Below, in pieces: positions 36,634-42,555 of a DNA stretch of 42,555 nucleotides. The stretch lies in IMG/VR virus record IMGVR_UViG_3300012942_000018, positions 1 through 42,555 of that record; one strand, given 5' to 3'. Made by a program: the position numbers and the translations under genes. The notes under the pieces were generated by a model that did not search any database, was not told the DNA's origin, and was given only the letters and a program-made list of their open reading frames with translations. Each line of letters starts with the position of its first letter. Position 1 is the stretch's first letter. The DNA comes from a virus (lineage: Duplodnaviria > Caudoviricetes).

Positions 36634-36732
36634 ATGCGGAAGGCCCTGACATACGGGCTGTACGCCCTAGAGCTGTGTTGCGCCCTGGGGCTACTGAACG
36701 CGGTCGTGTCGATCCTGACCGGATGGCCCTAG
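36634..36732 (+). CDS. 32-aa hydrophobic peptide
   Basis: AAGGGGGA RBS and own promoter; MRKALTYGLYALELCCALGLLNAVVSILTGWP. Confidence 0.6.
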   Translation: MRKALTYGLYALELCCALGLLNAVVSILTGWP

Positions 36733-37934
36733 TTCCCCGGTAGTGGCTCGAAGTACGGAGCGACGTACAGATACCCGACTAGCAAGTAGCGTCCAGGCTC
36801 CAAGGCGTCATCCATCACCTGAAGACACGGGATGTAATCAGGAACAGGACCGACCGCGTAACGGTCACTGATCAGGCTCTTTGGAATCTGAACGCCTGCC
36901 ATCGAGCCAGAGTCGATCCGCTGACACAGAACGGTCTGCCCGCCTTCAGGCCCGACAGCCCCCGTAGCAGAGGCCAGAAAGCCAATAGCGGCAGAGACAG
37001 CCTTCGCTACACGCTTAGCCCCAGTAGCTACCGCAGACAGACCTAGAGTCGCTGTGACGCTTCTAGAGCCGTGATGACTTCCGGCCGCTGAAGCCCCGAA
37101 GGTGACTGAGGCAGCTCCGGCCACTGTCCCGTGATGGGTTCCGGTCGCAGAGGCCCCAACCCCGATCGAGGCAGTTACAGAGGCCGCCACACGCTTAGCC
37201 CCGGTAGCCGTAGCGCCCAGGGCAACGTTCGCGGTACCTGAACCGCTGAATGACGGAGCGCCCGTAACGGCGTTCAGTCCGACAACCGCTATCGCAGCCT
37301 GATCCGCACTGTTATTGAGCGGCCATTGCGTGACCAGCGACAGTGTGAACGCAGGCGTACTCCCCGCCCCACCGTCAGCGCCCGCAGCCACTACGATCTG
37401 TTGCCGGTCAGAGCCCGTAATGCCCTTATTCCACGGCACGCCCCACGTGTTCCAAGGGGCTACAGGGACCGCAAGGTCATATTCCTGAAAGTACGTGAAG
37501 CCAACCAGGAACCCAGCGCCCCCACTGACTACGGATGGAACCGCGATCGTGGTTGCATCGGTCGCGTTGAAGGCCGTGGCGGTGCCGCCGGAAGCAGGAA
37601 ACGGGCTGGTCAGGTCCACGCCGGTCACCCGGAAGATCAGGACCGACGAACGGGTCTCGATGAACGACCACGACCAGCTAGCCGGAAGAACAGAAGCATC
37701 CGGAACCGCAAGATAGTGAACGGCAGCCTGGCCAACGCTTCCCGACGTAGTGAACGACGGAATAAGGGTCGTCCAGCCCGAAGGGATCGCAGAGAACGGG
37801 CTGTCACGGCCACTAGTGACCGCGATTAGCAAGTCGCCATTAGCGGTATTAGCGGGCTTGCCAGCTATCTCAGGAGACGGAGAGTCCCCGGAGAACGTAA
37901 AGTCCCCAGCGGTCGAGGGGAACGCGATACTCAC
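36729..37934 (-). CDS. Virion fibre/adhesin-like protein with five ~20-aa repeats
   Basis: GTG 37934 after the upstream stop; KPA....GDLLIA, PSGWT, then repeats. Confidence 0.75.
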   Translation of the reverse strand: MSIAFPSTAGDFTFSGDSPSPEIAGKPANTANGDLLIAVTSGRDSPFSAIPSGWTTLIPSFTTSGSVGQAAVHYLAVPDASVLPASWSWSFIETRSSVLIFRVTGVDLTSPFPASGGTATAFNATDATTIAVPSVVSGGAGFLVGFTYFQEYDLAVPVAPWNTWGVPWNKGITGSDRQQIVVAAGADGGAGSTPAFTLSLVTQWPLNNSADQAAIAVVGLNAVTGAPSFSGSGTANVALGATATGAKRVAASVTASIGVGASATGTHHGTVAGAASVTFGASAAGSHHGSRSVTATLGLSAVATGAKRVAKAVSAAIGFLASATGAVGPEGGQTVLCQRIDSGSMAGVQIPKSLISDRYAVGPVPDYIPCLQVMDDALEPGRYLLVGYLYVAPYFEPLPGN

Positions 37935-37941
37935 CGAAGCG

Positions 37942-38289
37942 TCAGCCCGTAGCGGTAAGCGTGGGCGTAAGAACGTAGGTGCCCGCAGACCCGTAAGTCT
38001 CCGAAGCCGGAAGAGCCTCGCCAACCTGAAAAGTCCCAGCGGTCGAGGCGGAGTTGAGGCCCCAGTGCGTAATAGTGACGCCCGCAGGAACGTTAATCGT
38101 GACAGCCGTACCAGGCTTCGAAGAAGTAGCCGCCGCGCTCCAAGTCGTCTGAACCCTCGCGTACGTCCCGCCCGCAACTTCATTAGCGCCCGTAGTCCCG
38201 GGGTCCGCAGTGTGAAGAGAAATCCAAGTCCCCGCGGCTCCAATAGCGTCAAGCGCCGTATCTTTCGCGGTATTGGTGTATCCGGCCAT
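37942..38289 (-). CDS. Small virion structural protein
   Basis: SLHTADPG.TGANE..GG.YAR....W...THWG. Confidence 0.8.
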   Translation of the reverse strand: MAGYTNTAKDTALDAIGAAGTWISLHTADPGTTGANEVAGGTYARVQTTWSAAATSSKPGTAVTINVPAGVTITHWGLNSASTAGTFQVGEALPASETYGSAGTYVLTPTLTATG

Positions 38290-38295
38290 TAAGCT

Positions 38296-38823
38296 TTACC
38301 ATTCACCTTCGATGTATTCGGGCTCAACGGTCCCGGGTACTGTCTGAGGGCTTGAAGCCCCGCCATTAACAAGTTTCTGAAGCTCTGAAGCGCCCTTAAG
38401 CTCTGTCAGCTTCAGCCTCGCGCGGTCTGTAGGACTGAAGCCCAGGATGGAAAGACACTTACGAATCGTGTCTTCACACGCCCGCATCTCACGGATAAGC
38501 GGATGGGCGACTGTCTGACCGTTGTAGCCCTCGACCGTCAGGCCTTCGGCCGCTACGGTCTCGCGGTATGTGGCCAGGTCGTCATAAGCGCGCGTAACCT
38601 GCTCGACCCAGGCGTAATCCTGATCAGGCCAGAGCCATTTACCAGCCGACCAAATTTTTTGCCATTCAAGTTGACCGCGCTCGCCCAGGCCATCAGGGGC
38701 GGGAGGGGCTTTAGGGGCTTCAAGGCCGCTAACATCAATGATGTTGAGGTCTCTGCCGCCTAGCGTCTTCCCGTTCTGAGAGCGCGCAAGGTGACGCTCG
38801 ATCGGTACGGGTTGCGCGGGAAT
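38296..38823 (-). CDS. terS: Terminase small subunit (P27-like), ATT start
   Basis: P..LG..G..EW, EG..V.G..GQ..AHP, LGFSPTDRARL; AGGAG-6nt-ATT; in-frame TAG just upstream. Confidence 0.85.
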   Translation of the reverse strand: MPAQPVPIERHLARSQNGKTLGGRDLNIIDVSGLEAPKAPPAPDGLGERGQLEWQKIWSAGKWLWPDQDYAWVEQVTRAYDDLATYRETVAAEGLTVEGYNGQTVAHPLIREMRACEDTIRKCLSILGFSPTDRARLKLTELKGASELQKLVNGGASSPQTVPGTVEPEYIEGEW

Positions 38824-38840
38824 TGAAGGCTCCTAATTAC

Positions 38841-39162
38841 GTGATTGCATATCCATGCAGTGATTGCATAAATGGAGGATTACCGTCAGTAACTGCATAT
38901 TCATACGGCGAATAGCGCCCGAATGTCCGTTTATGCAAAAACGGAATCGAAACGAGTCGATGTGTGCGTGCCCGACGGGTGGTGAGCATTTCCGCAGGTC
39001 AGGGCACTATAGACCCTACCCCCACACATATTCGCAGGTCAGGGCCTTATCGATGAAAGTGAGTAAGCCCAGATTGGAGCGCTGTTCGATGTCATCGATA
39101 GCACTCAATGTATAAATATACACTGCATAAACGGAGGCTAACAATCGTCTAGGCCATGCATA
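38841..39162. other. Probable cos/packaging region
   Basis: AT-rich non-coding gap between HNH and terS, with six TGCATA-core repeats and two CGCAGGTCAGGGC. Confidence 0.55.
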
Positions 39163-39193
39163 ATCATTACGACTACACACCGCAACATGATTA

Positions 39194-39535
39194 CTAGAAC
39201 GAAGGCCGCTTAGCATAGTTGCACTTAGGGTGGGCAGGCGCTAGGTTGTCCAGTCCATTACCACCACCATTGCCTACCGAAACAATATGCTCGATAGAAA
39301 CATTAGCCGCAGAAACAATTTGCTTTCCGCAGATAAAACATAGGACCGGAACATGGAGGGTCAAGCGTCTGGAAACTTCGGCTTTAATCAATGCCGAGTT
39401 GCGCTGGTACTCAGCGGACCCGTAAGTCTCCCCGACGCATCGGGCGCATAGGCTCACAGGGCTTGGAAGACCGCAGCGCCTACAGGCTACTCGCCTAGCC
39501 ATCGATCGAGCCCATACCAAACCGTAAGCGCCCAT
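39194..39535 (-). CDS. HNH endonuclease (terminase-associated)
   Basis: CFICG...EHI.....GG.....NL.PAH.KCN; ATG 39502 is an alternative start. Confidence 0.88.
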   Translation of the reverse strand: MGAYGLVWARSMARRVACRRCGLPSPVSLCARCVGETYGSAEYQRNSALIKAEVSRRLTLHVPVLCFICGKQIVSAANVSIEHIVSVGNGGGNGLDNLAPAHPKCNYAKRPSF

Positions 39536-39569
39536 ATAGCGCCGATTGAGCCGCCAATAAGCGCATTGA

Positions 39570-39869
39570 TCACAGCGCTACCCATCCTTGCGCCGCGAGA
39601 AGCGTCAGCAAGTCCCCTCCGCTACCGGGCTGGAAGCCTTCGAACTCGACCGGAGGGGCGTTCTCAAGGCTCAGCCGAACATCCCAGGCGTAGGCGTTGT
39701 CAAGCTCGACGCTAAGGGTCGCAGTGGTCCCTGCGGTCTCTGGGGTCACGTAGCCGTGAACGATCCCAGGGGCAGTGATGCCACTCCCTGAAGGGCTCTC
39801 TACGGCCTGGGGCGAGAACCAGTAATGGCACGTAACGCCCAGGGTTGCAGAGACCGTTACAAGGCTCAT
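39570..39869 (-). CDS. Hypothetical protein
   Basis: AGGAG RBS; ATGA coupling. Confidence 0.7.
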   Translation of the reverse strand: MSLVTVSATLGVTCHYWFSPQAVESPSGSGITAPGIVHGYVTPETAGTTATLSVELDNAYAWDVRLSLENAPPVEFEGFQPGSGGDLLTLLAAQGWVAL

Positions 39870-40036
39870 CGGCGCTCCTGAGACTTAACGTCTTCGGTTT
39901 CCAGAAGTGGCCATTGCCGTAGAATCTGTTCGCGCACAGAAGCCTTATGGGCTTCAAGGTACTCAGGCGGCATAGGCTCTAGAGTCTCTACGTGCTCAGG
40001 TTCGATCCGGGTCTTAAAGTTCTTAGGCGCTGGCAT
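39866..40036 (-). CDS. Small hypothetical protein (56 aa)
   Basis: GAAGG RBS; MPAPKNFKTRIEPE...; ATGA coupling. Confidence 0.55.
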   Translation of the reverse strand: MPAPKNFKTRIEPEHVETLEPMPPEYLEAHKASVREQILRQWPLLETEDVKSQERR

Positions 40037-40411
40037 TTTCAACCTTCAGATGAAATCAAGCCTTGGAGAAGAAACAGAAGCCATTAAAGGGTTGGAGACT
40101 CGTATTCTCGAAAGGCTCTTACGTCTATCCAGTCGCGAAGTCCCTCGCGCTTTAACTATGAACTTCCACCGGGAACTAAGAGACCTATTAGACGCGCGTG
40201 TCTCTCAGGCAACGTCATCACTTCCGTAGCGTTCATTATGCGGAACATGATGACTCTAAGAAGGCCCGTTGACCGCTAGGGTTCGCGTGGAGCCATACGC
40301 CGATTGAGTCCTTAAGGACTCTTGAGCTTTTAAGCTATTAGAAGTATTCAAAGGGTAAGAGTCTCTAGGGTCTATATAGACTATATAGCTTTAAAGATCC
40401 TTACACTTATA

Positions 40412-40425
40412 CTGTAAACGATGAC
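40412..40425 (-). promoter_or_regulatory. Phage motif GTCATCGTTTACAG, minus strand
   Basis: The only exact minus-strand copy I found; points into the late arm. Confidence 0.8.
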
Positions 40426-40451
40426 ATCGTGAAGGCGCGGCCGGGCGGGCT

Positions 40452-40465
40452 GTCATCGTTTACAG
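40452..40465 (+). promoter_or_regulatory. Phage motif GTCATCGTTTACAG
   Basis: 8 nt before GTG 40474. Confidence 0.8.
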
Positions 40466-40473
40466 GCTCCGGC

Positions 40474-41028
40474 GTGACCGACCTTCCCGAAGACCTCGCC
40501 CGGGTCCGTGAGACTTACAGCCGCTTCAAGCTCGCAACGTACGAGTTCGCCCAAGCGTGCATCGAGGCGAAGCGGAACGGACGCTCTCTGCGTCAGATAG
40601 CCGCAGCGGCCGATGAGGACTTGAGTCGTGAGACTGTCCGCCGGGCGATCCTGGCTGTCACACAGTGTGCCAATCCCGACGAGTTCGATCGGAAATACTC
40701 GTCGGTCGTTAAGGGTACGAACGGGTCTCAGGTCAAGTCAGGCTCTGAAGGCCCAGGAGGCCGTTCAGCGCCTCCGGGGCTGCCTGTATCCGATAATCCT
40801 CCGGGCGATAACCCTGAAGTCATCCAAGGCGAGATCGTCCATGAAGACCCGCCGGACGAACAGGCCGAACAGGCATGGCATAACGAATACTTCGGGGACT
40901 TGTTTCAGGACACAACAAGGCTTCACGGTCGTTTGCTGTCATGGCCGACAGGCGTTCGTCACCCGATGGCAGAAGCGTACCTAGACCAGATCAGTCAAGA
41001 TATAGACAATATCAAGAAAGGGTTTTAG
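40474..41028 (+). CDS. HTH DNA-binding protein
   Basis: GRSLRQIAAA...LSRETVRR; GTG 40474 preferred over 40429. Confidence 0.65.
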   Translation: MTDLPEDLARVRETYSRFKLATYEFAQACIEAKRNGRSLRQIAAAADEDLSRETVRRAILAVTQCANPDEFDRKYSSVVKGTNGSQVKSGSEGPGGRSAPPGLPVSDNPPGDNPEVIQGEIVHEDPPDEQAEQAWHNEYFGDLFQDTTRLHGRLLSWPTGVRHPMAEAYLDQISQDIDNIKKGF

Positions 41029-41032
41029 AGAC

Positions 41033-41494
41033 ATGGTTCCGCTAGACAATTTCCCGCGACGCTCTGAGCTGCGTTGCAAGTCAACGGCCCTGCTTCTCGA
41101 CTTTGCGAATCTCATGGACCGGCGACACACGAAGAGTCTTCCGCCCATTACCCGTCGCCAGATGATGACCCTTCTCGGAATCCGGAGCGAGGCGAGTATC
41201 GTTCGTGTCATCCGTGACTATTCGGAATTCGCGCCGCAGTGCAGATGGCTTCCCCTCGGACAATCGCAGGAGTCTCCCCGTTCGCCAGCCAAGTACGGCA
41301 TTACAACGTCTGACATCATTACGGCCAGTACGTCTCAGCTTCACAAGGCCGTATCGGCTATGGGGATGCAACGTATCGCACGCGCACAGGATGCTAATAA
41401 TGACCGTACGATTTCAGGGTATCAAAGTCACCTGCAAAGCACTCAGATTCCGCTAGCCATTACCCAGGCGTCTTCAGAGCCTGTCGCGGCTTAA
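41033..41494 (+). CDS. Hypothetical protein, possibly winged-HTH
   Basis: ITRRQMMTLLGI.SE....RVI. Confidence 0.6.
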   Translation: MVPLDNFPRRSELRCKSTALLLDFANLMDRRHTKSLPPITRRQMMTLLGIRSEASIVRVIRDYSEFAPQCRWLPLGQSQESPRSPAKYGITTSDIITASTSQLHKAVSAMGMQRIARAQDANNDRTISGYQSHLQSTQIPLAITQASSEPVAA

Positions 41495-41510
41495 GCGCCT
41501 AACACGGATC

Positions 41511-41535
41511 AGCCCCGCTTCGGCGGGGCTTTTCT
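41511..41535 (+). terminator. Intrinsic terminator
   Basis: AGCCCCGC-TTCG-GCGGGGCT plus T run. Confidence 0.9.
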
Positions 41536-41538
41536 GTT

Positions 41539-41552
41539 GTCATCGTTTACAG
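41539..41552 (+). promoter_or_regulatory. Phage motif GTCATCGTTTACAG
   Basis: Directly after the terminator. Confidence 0.85.
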
Positions 41553-41582
41553 GTTAAGTGTCCCCGTAAATGAAGGGCTCAC

Positions 41583-41768
41583 ATGGACTCTGAAGAAGAT
41601 GAATGGGAGCAGTACCGCGAACACTGGTTCGCACTATCCGAGGTCTATCCGGTCACTTACGCCTTCAGACCTGAAGGCCCTAGCGGCTACCTGGCTCCAA
41701 GTCCCGAGATGATGTGTCATTCGTTCACGACTTGGCGCGATCATTGGTACAGGAAGGCGCAGGCATGA
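41583..41768 (+). CDS. Hypothetical protein
   Basis: GAAGGG RBS; ATGA coupling to the exonuclease. Confidence 0.6.
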   Translation: MDSEEDEWEQYREHWFALSEVYPVTYAFRPEGPSGYLAPSPEMMCHSFTTWRDHWYRKAQA

Positions 41769-42555
41769 CTAACCCGACTCGAAGTTTCCAGACGGACTTT
41801 GGGCGCTTTTACGCTCATCCGTCGTTCATCCTTGACGCCTTCAAGGCTAAGACGGCTCTTGGGTCTCTAGGCCGTGAAGCCGAGATTGACCCTACAGACC
41901 CTTACGCTCCTAAGCCTTCAGTAACCAACATTATCGGGATGCTAAACAAAGCATTCCTTCCACCGTATTATGCGAAACTTGTTGCCGAATATGCTATTGA
42001 GAACCTTGACAATCTTCAGGAGACGGTTAAGAAGTTTGGTCCTAAGGTTGCTGTTGGGACTTTGAAGGCGATTCCGAACCGGCCGAACCCGGCCGCGGCT
42101 ATTGGTGACGAAGTTCACAACGCTATCGACATGTTCGTCAGGAACGAAGAGCCGGATGAGGGTCAAACCTTTTCGACCCCAACAGCTCAGAATATGTACC
42201 TTCAGTTCCTTAACTTCGTCTCCCAGGCTAAGCCTGAGATCATCCGGAGCGAATACACAGTCTGGTCCTATAAGCACGGGTACGCGGGCACTGGTGACCT
42301 TATGTGGAAGCTCTGGGGCGGCTTGTGGATCGTAGACACGAAGACAGGTAACCAGGCTCATCCTGAGGTCGCAATGCAGACTTCAGCCCTCGCGCATGCT
42401 GACGTGATCCTAGACGCGAACGGCAATGACATCCCGATGCCCCAGGCGGACATTCAGGGCGTGCTTCATGTTCGCCCAAGGTCCGTGAAGCTACACAAGC
42501 TCGCAAAGACCGATGAGGCCTTTGAGGCTTTTCTAGCGTGCAAGAGGCTATTCGA
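41765..42555 (+). CDS. PD-(D/E)XK (Cas4/RecB-like) exonuclease, 5' part; continues across the origin to 193 (286 aa)
   Basis: Read by hand from ATG 41765: PSVTNII...GDEVH...SE...YAGTGDL...IVDTKTG...Q. In frame with the ORF at 5..193. Missing from the ORF track. Confidence 0.9.
   Translation, partial: MTNPTRSFQTDFGRFYAHPSFILDAFKAKTALGSLGREAEIDPTDPYAPKPSVTNIIGMLNKAFLPPYYAKLVAEYAIENLDNLQETVKKFGPKVAVGTLKAIPNRPNPAAAIGDEVHNAIDMFVRNEEPDEGQTFSTPTAQNMYLQFLNFVSQAKPEIIRSEYTVWSYKHGYAGTGDLMWKLWGGLWIVDTKTGNQAHPEVAMQTSALAHADVILDANGNDIPMPQADIQGVLHVRPRSVKLHKLAKTDEAFEAFLACKRLF
42433..42555 (+). repeat. Terminal overlap identical to 1-123
   Basis: Exact 123-nt match. Confidence 0.95.

Larger units (their letters stand above)
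1..42555. mobile_element. Complete temperate actinobacteriophage genome (siphovirus, HK97-type head, serine integrase)
   Basis: Terminase-portal-protease-capsid-tail-lysis module, replication genes and integrase all present; ends overlap. Actinobacterial host is inferred from high GC and gene content. Confidence 0.95.

Noticed and set aside
37935-38252. Arg/Leu-rich N-terminal extension of the 507-aa ORF
   Set aside because: Shadow frame of gene 37942-38289; GTG 37934 is the plausible start.
879-41552. 14-bp motif as CRISPR or other array repeats
   Set aside because: Copies are dispersed, irregularly spaced and tied to gene starts.
42433-42555. 123-bp direct repeat as a biological terminal repeat
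   Set aside because: It falls inside the exonuclease gene and fits assembler overlap; HNH/terS organisation points to cos ends elsewhere.
41765-42555. Cas4-like gene as part of a CRISPR-Cas system
   Set aside because: No repeat-spacer array or other cas genes seen; solo exonucleases are routine in actinophages.

Overview
The window is a complete, circularly permuted genome of a temperate actinobacterial siphovirus. Bases 1-123 repeat exactly at 42433-42555, giving a ~42,432 bp circle. An early + strand arm (40474 across the origin to ~12030) encodes a PD-(D/E)XK exonuclease, SSB, DnaB-like helicase, a split primase, EndoVII/HNH nucleases, two nucleotide-metabolism genes and one or two sigma-like proteins; I found no DNA polymerase. 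A central module holds a GntR regulator, a large serine integrase and a candidate attP. A late - strand arm carries HNH/terminase, an HK97-type head, a non-contractile tail with a -1 frameshift chaperone, and a two-enzyme lysis cassette. The most unusual signals are regulatory or RNA-level: (1) a 14-bp oriented motif, GTCATCGYTTACAG, that behaves like a phage-specific promoter; (2) a tRNA-shaped RNA without a working anticodon loop; (3) a structured ~260-nt intergenic element with complementary hairpin loops and sequence complementary to the phage's own terminators; (4) three promoters with a GntR-type operator in the spacer; (5) eleven proteins ending in Ala-Ala; (6) probable AUU/AUA/CUG starts. 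All family calls come from reading motifs by eye; no searches were run.
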